A stretch of DNA of 64,000 bases, from NCBI GenBank assembly GCA_050251875.1, contig JBFWMA010000005.1:1-64000 (forward strand), read 5' to 3'. This document shows, in pieces, positions 1 to 9,278 of the stretch. The translations under genes and the position numbers were made by a program. Numbering within the stretch: the stretch's first letter is position 1; the number at the start of each line of letters is the position of its first letter. This stretch comes from Deferribacterales bacterium (GTDB taxonomy: Bacteria > Chrysiogenota > Deferribacteres > Deferribacterales > Geovibrionaceae). The notes under the pieces are model-generated. The model worked only from the letters and a program-made list of their open reading frames with translations, did no database searches and had not been told where the DNA came from.

Positions 1-40
1 TCTTCTGCTCGGCAGAAAACTGCCGTCTCTTCTTGCTCAT
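1..40 (-). CDS. IS3-family transposase OrfA, N-terminal fragment (runs off window)
   Basis: Reverse strand reads GGAGGT-N4-ATG, then MSKKRRQFSAEQK, typical of an IS3-family OrfA N-terminus; not in the ORF track because it is cut by the window edge. Confidence 0.7.
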   Translation of the reverse strand, partial: MSKKRRQFSAEQK

Positions 41-125
41 GTGGACCTCCGATTTCTCTTAGTATTTTAAGCTAAAAAACACTTAGAAATCTACTCTGAC
101 TGTCTCAATTCGTCGGTCCACTATA
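1..125 (-). mobile_element. Left end of an IS3-family insertion sequence
   Basis: Reverse strand TATAGTGGACCGACGAATTGAGACA (125-101) resembles IS3-family terminal IRs, lies ~85 bp upstream of the OrfA start, and marks where the adjacent reading frame breaks off. Confidence 0.6.
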
Positions 126-329
126 TTTTCCGTCGATATCTCTGACGAATACTTTAAAGCGGACACCGGCGGCCTGCTTGTTCCTTTCGGCAGCCATCCG
201 CATGCAGAATAAAATATCCCACAAACGGCCGGTGAAATCATCCATTCCTTCATACTCTTCCGGCAGCGCAACACAGCTGTCGTAAACAGCCCTCGTCAGC
301 GCAACCGGAATCTTGAACCCTGCCTGTCT
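126..329 (-). pseudogene. Internal fragment of a mobile-element protein (DUF6573-like by recall)
   Basis: Manual translation RQAGFKIPVALTRAVYDSCVALPEEYEGMDDFTGRLWDILFCMRMAAERNKQAAGVRFKVFVRDIDGKY; in-frame TAA upstream (344-342) with no start codon before the conserved part; 3' end runs into the IS IR. Confidence 0.55.
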
Positions 330-435
330 TAGATAGCTTTGTTAGCTTTTAGATTAGAAACATTGCAGAACTGTAGCACGATTCTGGCAGATTGAGTGCT
401 TGTATGGGTTTATTAGGACAGTAGGAAATAAAGAA

Positions 436-1662
436 TTAATACATCATGCCGAACAGCCATAAAGGTATTCGGTTGCCATGACCTATTTCGATATCGTCTG
501 ATACTACATAGCTATTGTTCATGTCTTTGATCTGATCAAAACTTTTCTTTTTACCGCCAATTTCGAAGGTGGTTCCGTCAGCAATATAGTCGCCGGAAGT
601 GGCGTACTCCACTGTTACAGGCAGAAAGTTGTCCTGCATTCTGAAGTAGTTGGTCAGCTGGTTTATGAAAAAGACCTCACGGGCGGTCCCTATATCGATT
701 TTATTAGCAATTGCATATTGGATGTTTGTATTGTTCAGAAGTAGTTTCTCTGATTTCCTTATTGGTTTGTTTCCCGTTCCTGCCGGCTTAACCAGATTTA
801 CAAGACCAGCTTCTCTTAGGTAAATGAGATATTCGTTTAAAGTTACCCTGTCGATGCCAGTGGCAGACGAAAGCTCAGTCTTTTTCAGCTCGTATGGAGG
901 CGTGGTTGCCAGCATATACAGAAGTTTCTTAAGCTGATGCATCTTTGCGTATTTGATATCACAAACGAAGCCCATATCGGTTTCAAGGACTTCATTGATT
1001 GTATTAGAGAGTCTCATTTGAAAAGATTGTTTGCCCTGCAAAGAGAATGGGTAGTAGCCTATTTGCAGATATTCCTGAAAGTATTTCAGCGTTTTCCCTA
1101 TATTTGCATGAAGTTCTCCTGCAATAGTAACATGATTAGGAATCAAGTCGTCATAAGTTGTAACTGGAATGTCTATGCCGTGTGCCAGTGCAAGGTATTC
1201 CCTAAAAGACAATCCATCTAGATGATAAACTGTTGCACGTCTGCTTAGATCAGCATCTTGCTTGTTCATTTGCAGCAGACTTGAGCCTGAAAAGACAACT
1301 TTGAGTTCCGGTCGAGTGTCTATGATTGCCTTGATATGTTTCGACCACTCAGGATACTTGTGAACTTCATCGAGAAAAAGGTATTCACCGCCCTGTTTAT
1401 GAAATTCGGCTGCAAACTCGTGCAGAGGCGATTGCTGGAACCTGGGGTTGTCTACAGAAATGTAGAGTGCATTGATGCTGCCGTCATAGACAGATTTAAG
1501 ATACTGGAGCATGAGTGTGGTTTTACCTGTCCCTCTGGCTCCAAGTATGCCTATGCAGTTGCTTTTCCAGTCGATTTTATCGAAAAGGTATCTTTTGTGC
1601 TTTTCGGGCAGTTTTTTAAGTATTAAAGCCTGTTCAGAAAACCAAATGTCAAAGTCGAACAT
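436..1662 (-). CDS. AAA+ family ATPase (AAA_14 / DUF4143-type)
   Basis: Walker A GARGTGKTT, Walker B LFLDEVHKY, SGSS motif, DLSRRA, GYYPF and C-terminal FEIGGKKK motif. Confidence 0.85.
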   Translation of the reverse strand: MFDFDIWFSEQALILKKLPEKHKRYLFDKIDWKSNCIGILGARGTGKTTLMLQYLKSVYDGSINALYISVDNPRFQQSPLHEFAAEFHKQGGEYLFLDEVHKYPEWSKHIKAIIDTRPELKVVFSGSSLLQMNKQDADLSRRATVYHLDGLSFREYLALAHGIDIPVTTYDDLIPNHVTIAGELHANIGKTLKYFQEYLQIGYYPFSLQGKQSFQMRLSNTINEVLETDMGFVCDIKYAKMHQLKKLLYMLATTPPYELKKTELSSATGIDRVTLNEYLIYLREAGLVNLVKPAGTGNKPIRKSEKLLLNNTNIQYAIANKIDIGTAREVFFINQLTNYFRMQDNFLPVTVEYATSGDYIADGTTFEIGGKKKSFDQIKDMNNSYVVSDDIEIGHGNRIPLWLFGMMY

Positions 1663-1727
1663 ATATGCACCTCTGTAAAGTCTACTTTACATGATTGGGG
1701 CGTAGCTGTAAAGTGTATTTTACAGTA

Positions 1728-2921
1728 TTATTTGACTCGTCTTAATCCTTTTCCTGTTTTTCTAGCTGTGGTAATGCTGGTGGCTATTTTATTAGCTGCC
1801 TCGTGGAGTGGATCGTTTTGTACATGGGCATAGTAGTATTCAGTCGTTGTAATACGTTTGTGCCCCAACAGTTTTGAAATGAACTCAATGTTGATGCCCC
1901 CTGAGATAGCTGTTGAGGCAAAAGAGTGGCGCAGGTCATGTATTCTTACATCTTCCAGTCCAGCTTCTTTTCGGAGACGTTCCCAAATCTTTTGTAAACC
2001 TATTAGACGGGAGTTTTCGAATTTGCCAAAGCAGACATACTCGTTGACCTTATAAGCGTTCTCTAGCATATCCAAAACCTCGTGGGAGACAGGCACGTTC
2101 TTCTCGCCGGTTTTAGATTTTGGTATGTGGAGCAAATTAAGCTCATTCTTGATATTTTCCCACTTGAGGGTAAGTATCTCTTCTTTCCTGCAGCCCGTGT
2201 ACATTAAAAGCCTCAAAGCAAGTACAGCTGAGTAATACTTCTCTTCATATTTCTCTAGAACGTCTTCGAGCCTTTTAGTCTCATCAGGAGTGAGAAACCT
2301 CTGCACAGGAGTTTCTTTGTATTTCTGAGTGTGGACACATGGATTAGTATTTTGAGGTATATATCTCCATGTCTCAGCCAAGGTAAACATTTTGCGAAGC
2401 AGTGCGTGTACTCTGTTTGCCTGGACAGGAGTTGACTTGCCGATTTTGTGATGAAGCTTTGCAGTGTCTTCAGGTGTAATGCTTTTAAGAGGTCTGTTGC
2501 CAAACGCTGGCAGAATAAGTCTTTCTAGGTAGCTTTCATTGGTTTTCACAGTGCCGGCACTGTTGTTAGGTCTTGCATGGTGCTCCAGATATATTTCAGC
2601 AAATTCGGAGAACAGCATCGCTTTGCGCTTTTCCTGCTTCTCTTTAAGAATGTCAGTCCCGCCCTGAGCCTCTGTGAGCTTAGTTCTGGCCTTTCTTCTT
2701 GCTTCATCGGCAGTGATATTGGAAGCTCTGAAAAGAGTCATGACCTTCTGTCGGCCTTCTTCATTTCTGTACCTAATTACATATGATTTCGTAGGTCTCC
2801 CTGTAACACGCAGGGCAAAGCCCTTTAGCTCAGTATCCCAAATGTAGTAATACCCGCTCCCTTGTGTCGCTGGTTTAGCATTTCGTACAACAGCGTCAGT
2901 GAGCTTCTTCTTTGTGTTCAT
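1728..2921 (-). CDS. Tyrosine recombinase/integrase with N-terminal arm-binding domain
   Basis: Catalytic set TGCR, KSKTG, HDLRH, LLGH, YYYAH; N-terminal WDTELKGFALRV; ATG at 2921 preceded by GGAG (ORF track extends to 2945). Confidence 0.95.
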   Translation of the reverse strand: MNTKKKLTDAVVRNAKPATQGSGYYYIWDTELKGFALRVTGRPTKSYVIRYRNEEGRQKVMTLFRASNITADEARRKARTKLTEAQGGTDILKEKQEKRKAMLFSEFAEIYLEHHARPNNSAGTVKTNESYLERLILPAFGNRPLKSITPEDTAKLHHKIGKSTPVQANRVHALLRKMFTLAETWRYIPQNTNPCVHTQKYKETPVQRFLTPDETKRLEDVLEKYEEKYYSAVLALRLLMYTGCRKEEILTLKWENIKNELNLLHIPKSKTGEKNVPVSHEVLDMLENAYKVNEYVCFGKFENSRLIGLQKIWERLRKEAGLEDVRIHDLRHSFASTAISGGINIEFISKLLGHKRITTTEYYYAHVQNDPLHEAANKIATSITTARKTGKGLRRVK

Positions 2922-3069
2922 CACAGTCTCCAAAAATGTAAGCACTATGTTAGCAGTATTATCGGTAAAACACGGTAAAAGCTAGTAAGACTAAGTAAGT
3001 CTTATTTATAAATAATCATAAATTAGAATAGTTTATATAACAAGTGGAAAATTGCGAAAAGTGCTACTT

Positions 3070-3116
3070 ATTGACTGTTAATCAATAGGTTGTAGGTTCA
3101 AGTCCTACTCAGGGAG
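3070..3116 (+). repeat. att site: 3' half of tRNA-Asn(GTT)
   Basis: Anticodon arm ATTGA-CTGTTAA-TCAAT, T arm GTAGG-TTCAAGT-CCTAC, acceptor 3' strand TCAGGGA plus G; no D arm or 5' acceptor strand upstream. Confidence 0.88.
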
Positions 3117-3122
3117 TTAACT

Positions 3123-3151
3123 AAAAAGCCCCGCTTTTGCGGGGCTTTTTT
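3123..3151. terminator. Bidirectional intrinsic terminator
   Basis: AAAAAGCCCCGC-TTTT-GCGGGGCTTTTTT. Confidence 0.85.
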
Positions 3152-4268
3152 ATTGCTCTTCATAAAGCATTGAATTTACCATTCTTTCCACATATTCATC
3201 TATCACGATATCGGGTTTATATTTCAGCGTCAGGCTTTTGTAGTCCGCTCCCGGTTTGGTCTCCGCTACATGGTGCACGAACACCAGCTTTTTGAAAGTA
3301 TACAGCAGATAAGGGCGCAGTCCGAGCCCGAATGAGTCACGCATTATCATTACGGTCATGCCGTTCAGGGCGTTCGGGTTTTCGAAAACCTGAACCTTGT
3401 TGTCCAGAAGGCTTTCTGTGGTCGTTATGTTATTCATAACGAGGGAATAATTCATCTTAAAGTCATCCTGTTCCTGTCCCTGAAAACCGCAGACGTCCAC
3501 AAGATCGTATCCTTCTTTGTTTGAGGCTTTTTTGAAAACGGGCTTTTCCATAGCTTTGATTTCCGGATGCCCGCTCCGTATGTTTCTCATCAGTCTTTCA
3601 TACCCGAAATAGGCGCCCAGAGCCGACCAGTGAGTATCTGTTTTATGATAGAGGATGTCGTGCTCTTTGGCGTATTCATTCCTGAAAACAGGTTTCATAT
3701 TGGTGACGCTGATGCCGTTGGCAATGAGTGCCTCTGCGGCATCGTCAAAGAGGTTGGCTTTATCCTGTATGCCCTGAGAAATATAGTCAGGCAGAAATTC
3801 CGGATAGACCGAGTGTTTATTGGGGGCAAAAATAACAAAATAATCCGCCCCGATATCCTTCGCCAGCTTTTCCCGTTCGGAAAATCTTCTGACTAGATTA
3901 TTGATATCATTGCTGTCGAAATAGATTTTATTCTGAAGACCATCGATGACAGCCTCGTCCGAATTGCCCAGAAACAAGCGCCCTTCTTTTCCCAGAATAC
4001 ATTTGTCGGAATTATTCACAGGGACAAGTTTCTTCATCAATCCGGAATACTGCCGGATCATCACGCTTCTGAAACCATAGCTGTCTCTGAACCATGATGT
4101 GATATTTTCCGGCATCTTGTCGGGAGATACGGGTTCCAGACGGTTTTTGTTTCTGTTTTCGTGTTTGCGGAATGATTCCGGACTGTCGCCGAGCCCGGTC
4201 AGCATGCCCAGCCCAGGGATGAAAAGCATCAAAATAATGATAATTGAAAAAATCTTTCTGATTTTCAT
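3150..4268 (-). CDS. AlgJ/AlgX-like periplasmic O-acetyltransferase
   Basis: N-terminal anchor, GKEGRLFL, APNKHSVYPE, YHKTDTHWS (DxH), RDSF; directly downstream of an MBOAT gene. Confidence 0.8.
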   Translation of the reverse strand: MKIRKIFSIIIILMLFIPGLGMLTGLGDSPESFRKHENRNKNRLEPVSPDKMPENITSWFRDSYGFRSVMIRQYSGLMKKLVPVNNSDKCILGKEGRLFLGNSDEAVIDGLQNKIYFDSNDINNLVRRFSEREKLAKDIGADYFVIFAPNKHSVYPEFLPDYISQGIQDKANLFDDAAEALIANGISVTNMKPVFRNEYAKEHDILYHKTDTHWSALGAYFGYERLMRNIRSGHPEIKAMEKPVFKKASNKEGYDLVDVCGFQGQEQDDFKMNYSLVMNNITTTESLLDNKVQVFENPNALNGMTVMIMRDSFGLGLRPYLLYTFKKLVFVHHVAETKPGADYKSLTLKYKPDIVIDEYVERMVNSMLYEEQ

Positions 4269-4270
4269 TC

Positions 4271-5743
4271 TTAAAACCTGTAGTAGATAAAGGGATTATA
4301 TGTTCCCGCCGAAAGATTCAGGACACAGAAAGCGAAAAGGGCGAATATTACGGCGTATCCTGTGATATCCATCAGAGTCCACGCTCCGCCGTGCCTGCTT
4401 CTGACAATTCCGTACATCTCCGTCAGCTTGGGATAGAGCGGAAAAGAGAAAAGAACGCCCAGCGCTATCATGCTGAGGTTATAACTGTTGAAATCTTTGA
4501 AGAGGTGAAAGCTGTTGCCGTTCAGCCCCAGCATCGCCTTAATAAAAATCAGCGCCTGATGAAATGTCTCCGCCCGGAAAATAACCCACCCGAACATAAA
4601 AATGACAACGGCGTATGAATGGCGCAGGATCAGAGGCAGTTTTTCCAGAAATTTACCGAATCCGGCTCTCTCGATTATCAGGAACATTCCCTGATAAAGC
4701 CCCCACGCTACAAATGTCCAGCTGGCGCCGTGCCAGAGCCCGCACAGAAAGAAAACGATGAAAAGATTAAAATATACCCTCGCCGGAGAGCACTTGCTGC
4801 CGCCCAGAGGAATGTAGAGGTAGTCCCGCCACCATGTGGAGAGGGAAATATGCCATCTCCGCCAGAAGTCCTGAATGGACGTTGCGATGTATGGATAGTT
4901 GAAATTCTCCAGAAACCTGAATCCGAACATCTGCCCCAGACCTATCGCCATGTCTGAATAGCCGGAGAAATCGAAATAAATCTGTATGGTATACGCCAGA
5001 ACGCCGAGCCATGCCATGGCGAAACCTATCTCGCTGTCCGGCATGGAGAAAACCGAGTCTGCCACCTGTGCCACGGAGTTAGCTATTATAACTTTTTTGA
5101 TCAGTCCCAGAACAAACCGCAGAACTCCTGCTGAAAACTCGTCCATGGTGACCGTGTGGTTCTTGAGCTGGAACTCGATATCTCTGTATCTGACAATGGG
5201 ACCTGCGACCAGCTGAGGAAAAAGGGTTACATAACAGGCAAAGTTTATAAAATTTCTGGTGGCTTTAACCTGCCCCAGATAGACGTCTATGGTGTATGAC
5301 ATTGACTGAAAAGTATAAAAGCTGATGCCCAGAGGCAGGGCAACGTGCCCGAAAGATCTCAGAGCCTCCGTGTCCAGACCCAGTATGCTGTAAGCGCCGA
5401 CAAAGCTGTCCACGAAGAAGTTAGAATATTTAAAATAGCCCAGAAGAGCGAGATTGGAAACTATGCTCAGCATGAGCCCTATTTTCTGAGTCTTCGTCCT
5501 CTTTGCTCCTGGTTCCAGCTGGCTCGGCTTGTTTCTTATTCCGTCAGAAATTATCAGCCCGCTGGTATAGTCTATGGCTGTGCTTAAGAGCATGATCCAT
5601 ATGAGATAATTCTCTCCCCAGAAATAAAAGCTGAGGCTGGCGAAAGTAAGAAAAATATTTCTGATGCCTTTGCCCAGCGTAAAATATATCAGCAGGACCA
5701 CAGGCAGAAAGAGAAAAAGAAATTCCACTGAGCTGAAAACCAA
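4271..5743 (-). CDS. MBOAT O-acyltransferase (AlgI/PatA/DltB-like)
   Basis: LPLGISFYTFQ, FPQLVAGPIVR, QIYFDFSGYSDMAIG, FWRRWHISLS, GLWHGA, NPFIYYRF; TTG start after AGGGGG. Confidence 0.93.
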   Translation of the reverse strand: MVFSSVEFLFLFLPVVLLIYFTLGKGIRNIFLTFASLSFYFWGENYLIWIMLLSTAIDYTSGLIISDGIRNKPSQLEPGAKRTKTQKIGLMLSIVSNLALLGYFKYSNFFVDSFVGAYSILGLDTEALRSFGHVALPLGISFYTFQSMSYTIDVYLGQVKATRNFINFACYVTLFPQLVAGPIVRYRDIEFQLKNHTVTMDEFSAGVLRFVLGLIKKVIIANSVAQVADSVFSMPDSEIGFAMAWLGVLAYTIQIYFDFSGYSDMAIGLGQMFGFRFLENFNYPYIATSIQDFWRRWHISLSTWWRDYLYIPLGGSKCSPARVYFNLFIVFFLCGLWHGASWTFVAWGLYQGMFLIIERAGFGKFLEKLPLILRHSYAVVIFMFGWVIFRAETFHQALIFIKAMLGLNGNSFHLFKDFNSYNLSMIALGVLFSFPLYPKLTEMYGIVRSRHGGAWTLMDITGYAVIFALFAFCVLNLSAGTYNPFIYYRF

Positions 5744-5827
5744 GCAAGCCCCCTTAAAGACTGAGAAGTCTGATAAACATATGTAGTATGGAAAAAAAGA
5801 AGTGTCAAACAGAGCGTTGGATTATTC

Positions 5828-5861
5828 AAAAAAAAGAGGAGCGTTTAAATGCTCCTCTTTT
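5828..5861 (-). terminator. Intrinsic terminator after the DUF779 gene
   Basis: AAAAGAGGAGC-GTTTAAAT-GCTCCTCTTTT with a flanking A-tract. Confidence 0.75.
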
Positions 5862-5865
5862 ATTA

Positions 5866-6231
5866 TTATTTTTCTTCCGTGCGTATCGAACATACCTTCG
5901 AACGGGTGATGAAATGGCTGTTTTCTCCGGCTGCTATGGAAAAGCCCTCCGGTTCGCCTTCTCCCACATCAAGAATCAGCTGGGTATGTTTCCACACCTC
6001 ATACTGTCGAAAATCTATGTAGAAGGGACAGCCGCCCACCTCGCCTAAGAGGATGTCGTTATCGCTTATGATGAATTCGCCCTCGCCGAAGCACATGGGC
6101 AGGCTGCCGTCACAGCATCCGCCGGACTGAAAGAACATAATTGATTTGTGTTCCTTCAGCAGATTCTTTATCGCCTCCAGAGCTTCCGGGGTGGCGATAA
6201 CGGCGGGTTCACCTGTCGGCGTTTTCATCAT
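5866..6231 (-). CDS. DUF779 family protein
   Basis: MFFQSGGCCDGSLPMC and QYEVWKHTQLILDV motifs; usual partner downstream of AldB-type ALDH. Confidence 0.88.
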   Translation of the reverse strand: MMKTPTGEPAVIATPEALEAIKNLLKEHKSIMFFQSGGCCDGSLPMCFGEGEFIISDNDILLGEVGGCPFYIDFRQYEVWKHTQLILDVGEGEPEGFSIAAGENSHFITRSKVCSIRTEEK

Positions 6232-6238
6232 GTCTGCT

Positions 6239-7765
6239 CTAAAAGAATCCCAGAGCGTTCTGGCTGTAGCTCACCAGAAGGTTTTTTGTCTGGGTGTAGT
6301 GCTCAAGCATCATCTGGTGGTTTTCCCTGCCGATGCCTGATATTTTATATCCGCCGAAAGCCGCTCCGGCTGGGTAGAGGTGGTAACAGTTGGTCCATAC
6401 CCGTCCGGCTTTGATAGCCCGACCCATGCGGTATGCTCTGCTGCCGTCTCTTGTCCAGACGCCTGCTCCCAGACCATAGAGTGTGTCGTTGGCTATTTTC
6501 AGGGCTTCCGCCTCGTCTTTAAACGTTGTCACAGCCAGCACGGGACCGAATATCTCTTCCTGGAAGACACGCATCTTGTTGTCTCCCTTCAGAACTGTGG
6601 GCTGAAAATAGTAGCCCTCAGCGAACTCTCCGCTCATCATGTTGCGTTTACCGCCTATGAGACACTGAGCGCCTTCCTGTTTGCCTATGTCCACATAACC
6701 GCTGATCTTCTCTATCTGCTGAGTGGAGACCTGCGGTCCTATCATGGTGGCTGTGTCCAGAGGGTTGCCCTGAACTATCTTGGCTATTCTGGCGAGACAG
6801 CGCTCCATGAATTTGTCATAGATCGATTCCTGTATCAGCGCCCGTGAGGGACATGTACACACTTCGCCTTTGTTAAAGGCGTAAAGCACCAGTCCTTCCA
6901 CCGCTTTGTCCAGAAAAGCGTCATCGGCCGCCATCACATCCTCGAAGAAGATGTTGGGGGATTTTCCTCCGAGCTCCGTTGTGGAGGGGATCAGGTTCTG
7001 GGCGGCATACTGCATGATAAGCCGTCCTGTGGTGGTCTCTCCGGTGAAGCCCACTTTCGCTATACGGGGGCTTGTCGCCAGAGCTTTTCCTATCTCTCCT
7101 CCGGGACCTGTCACGATGTTGATAACACCGGGGGGAACTATATCGGCGATAACTTCCGCCAGTTTAAGGATAGACCATGGTGTGGGTGACGCCGGCTTAA
7201 GCACGGTACAGTTGCCCGCCGCCAGTGCCGGAGCGATTTTCCACGCTGCCATCAGCAGAGGAAAGTTGAAAGGAATGATCTGTCCCACAACGCCTAAAGG
7301 CTCGTGAAAGTGATAGGCTACCGTGTCTTTGTCGATTTCCGTGAGTGTGCCTTCCAGAGAGCGTGTGGCTCCCGCGAAATAGCGGAAGTGATCCACAGAA
7401 AGGGGGATATCCGCCGCCAGCGTCTCTCTGACGGGTTTTCCGTTTTCCCAGCTTTCTGCCACGGCGAGCATTTCCAGATTAGCCTCGATGGCGTCCGCTA
7501 TACGGTTGAGAACGGCGGCTCTCTCCGCCAGTGATGTTTCGCCCCATGCGTCTTTCGCTTTGTGAGCGGCGTCCAATGCTTTTTCTACATCAGCCGCGGT
7601 GGATTTTGCTACTTCGCAAAAAGGTTTTCCTGTGGCAGGGCTGACATTAGGCATATACTGTCCGCCGACCGGGGGAACCCATTCGCCGCCAATAAAGTTG
7701 TTGTAACGCGGCAGAACGGAGACAATGCTTCCGGGTTTTCCGGGCGCTTCATAAATCTTTCCCAT
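6239..7765 (-). CDS. aldB: NAD-dependent aldehyde dehydrogenase (AldB/ExaC type)
   Basis: [24 protein letters not shown], catalytic [31 protein letters not shown] 7765 after GGAGG. Confidence 0.9.
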   Translation of the reverse strand: MGKIYEAPGKPGSIVSVLPRYNNFIGGEWVPPVGGQYMPNVSPATGKPFCEVAKSTAADVEKALDAAHKAKDAWGETSLAERAAVLNRIADAIEANLEMLAVAESWENGKPVRETLAADIPLSVDHFRYFAGATRSLEGTLTEIDKDTVAYHFHEPLGVVGQIIPFNFPLLMAAWKIAPALAAGNCTVLKPASPTPWSILKLAEVIADIVPPGVINIVTGPGGEIGKALATSPRIAKVGFTGETTTGRLIMQYAAQNLIPSTTELGGKSPNIFFEDVMAADDAFLDKAVEGLVLYAFNKGEVCTCPSRALIQESIYDKFMERCLARIAKIVQGNPLDTATMIGPQVSTQQIEKISGYVDIGKQEGAQCLIGGKRNMMSGEFAEGYYFQPTVLKGDNKMRVFQEEIFGPVLAVTTFKDEAEALKIANDTLYGLGAGVWTRDGSRAYRMGRAIKAGRVWTNCYHLYPAGAAFGGYKISGIGRENHQMMLEHYTQTKNLLVSYSQNALGFF

Positions 7766-7889
7766 TGTAACCTCCAAAATGGTTAATGGTGGTTGTGTGA
7801 CACAGGCATATTCCGCCTGACGTCCTCAATGATAAACTGCGCTGTGTCCGGAACGCTCTGTCCTGGACACAGCTATACCCGATTAATCT

Positions 7890-7918
7890 ATGATATACCC
7901 GCGGAAGGGCTTCTTCAA
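7890..7918 (-). promoter_or_regulatory. Putative sigma70 promoter for aldB
   Basis: Reverse strand TTGAAG-17 bp-TATCAT. Confidence 0.45.
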
Positions 7919-7977
7919 GCTCAAGAGGGATACGAAATGTCCATGTGATCAGGCGTGCTTTTGAGTCTTGGGGTATG

Positions 7978-8238
7978 CTATCTTCGCCGGGCGGATGCGG
8001 CATTTTTTAGAAATAGCGCCAGATTTGCCAGAAACCATAAGGCATAACCGCAGGCGATGAACAGAAAAGGATAAAGAATAACCCCGGCGGCAACAGCGAC
8101 CGCCTTGTCTCCGATATCTCCATAGGGAATCCCGGAAATTTTCAGAATAAAAATAATCAGCGCCGCCGTGACAAGACGCACAGCCAGCACGAATTTTGAT
8201 TTCTTCTGAAAGTTATCCTCTAAAGTAATGAATTTCAT
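7978..8238 (-). CDS. Small hypothetical membrane protein (2 TM)
   Basis: 86 aa with two hydrophobic segments; fills the intergenic space. Confidence 0.5.
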   Translation of the reverse strand: MKFITLEDNFQKKSKFVLAVRLVTAALIIFILKISGIPYGDIGDKAVAVAAGVILYPFLFIACGYALWFLANLALFLKNAASARRR

Positions 8239-8315
8239 GCGTTATATAATCATATTTTGCTGACTTTGGCAAATGGTGGTATTCTTATGAATAAACACAC
8301 ACAAAGAGTTGTAAT

Positions 8316-9056
8316 ATGAAAAAATTATTAATCACACTAGTATCTTTCATGTTTGTAATTAGTTGCGCCAATATCAAGGATACGGTTGTTCCCGTAACCG
8401 GTCTGTCGCTGAGTCACGGGCTGAAAGGTGTCAGGATATACACCGAACCCTGCGATGCCTCATCGGCGGAGCTGAAAGTATCTCACTATCAGGGAATTCT
8501 GCGTGTGCCGCAGTTTTCCGGTCTGGGCGGTCTGCCGAATAAAGACCGGGATGTGGTGAAACAGCTCTCCATACAGATAGCCCAGTATAATTTTCTGAGC
8601 CAGATAGAGAAGGCAGGGGCTGAAATCCGGAAATATGAAGGGGATGAGTATATGGAAAAAGACTCAGTCCGGCTGAAGTGCGCCATCAGCAGGATATGGG
8701 TCGGCATATATGACAACGGGTTCGGCGGATACGGTTCAGCAGGTGATTTCTGGGCAGCGGAGACGGAGTATGACGGGACAGTGCTCAGAAACGGATCTGA
8801 ATATCCCATGAGCCACATAAAGACACGGGGAGAGGTGAAGCACGCCCCGGTGAACCCCGGAAACTTTCTGGAACTGCTGAAAATATCCGCTAAAATGTCC
8901 TCCGCCGCCGTCAGCGGAAATATCCCCGGGGTGGTGAGCTCCGTGGGCGGAATAGATTATCATATGAAGACGGATGTCAAGTCGCCTGTGGAGGCTGCCG
9001 CCGGGCTTGCCGGGCAGGACGCCGCCGCTCAGATATACGATATTATGAAAAAATAA
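8316..9056 (+). CDS. Hypothetical lipoprotein
   Basis: Signal peptide ending in lipobox VISC; 246 aa. Confidence 0.75.
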   Translation: MKKLLITLVSFMFVISCANIKDTVVPVTGLSLSHGLKGVRIYTEPCDASSAELKVSHYQGILRVPQFSGLGGLPNKDRDVVKQLSIQIAQYNFLSQIEKAGAEIRKYEGDEYMEKDSVRLKCAISRIWVGIYDNGFGGYGSAGDFWAAETEYDGTVLRNGSEYPMSHIKTRGEVKHAPVNPGNFLELLKISAKMSSAAVSGNIPGVVSSVGGIDYHMKTDVKSPVEAAAGLAGQDAAAQIYDIMKK

Positions 9057-9068
9057 CACCTGTTCTAC

Positions 9069-9097
9069 TTGACAGAAAGAACAGGCGTCCATATATT
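9069..9097 (+). promoter_or_regulatory. Sigma70 promoter for the riboswitch-nhaA transcript
   Basis: TTGACA-17 bp-TATATT ending 10 bp before the aptamer. Confidence 0.75.
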
Positions 9098-9106
9098 TAA
9101 AAGAAG

Positions 9107-9207
9107 TAAAGGGGAGTAGCAACCGGATAATCCGGCCCGATCGTCCGTCAGTACGGTGGAAACACCCGGACACGGGGCTTCGCTCTGCGATTCATGCGAG
9201 ACCTTTA
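9107..9207 (+). ncRNA. yybP-ykoY (Mn2+-sensing class) riboswitch
   Basis: Hallmark AAAGGGGAGTAGC ... CGTCAGTACG ... CCGG ... GCGAGACCTTT; P1 TAAAGG/CCTTTA. Confidence 0.85.
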
Positions 9208-9278
9208 TCCTAAGCAAATAATATTGCTGCGGGTAAGGTCTGTTTTATTACCCGCAGATATCCTTAAGGAGGGTAATA

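Larger units (their letters stand above)
1..3116. mobile_element. Right end of an integrative element / genomic island inserted at tRNA-Asn
   Basis: Integrase next to a duplicated tRNA 3' half; visibly more AT-rich than the flanking core genes; IS end and gene remnant inside. Confidence 0.85.

Noticed and set aside
83..274. 63-aa ORF from the track
   Set aside because: A different frame over the same bases gives the recognisable motifs; this one runs through the IS end.
3070..3116. Functional tRNA-Asn gene
   Set aside because: D arm and 5' acceptor strand are absent; interpreted as an att duplication.
7749..8003. 84-aa ORF upstream of aldB
   Set aside because: Overlaps both neighbours and the putative promoter/leader; no recognisable protein features.
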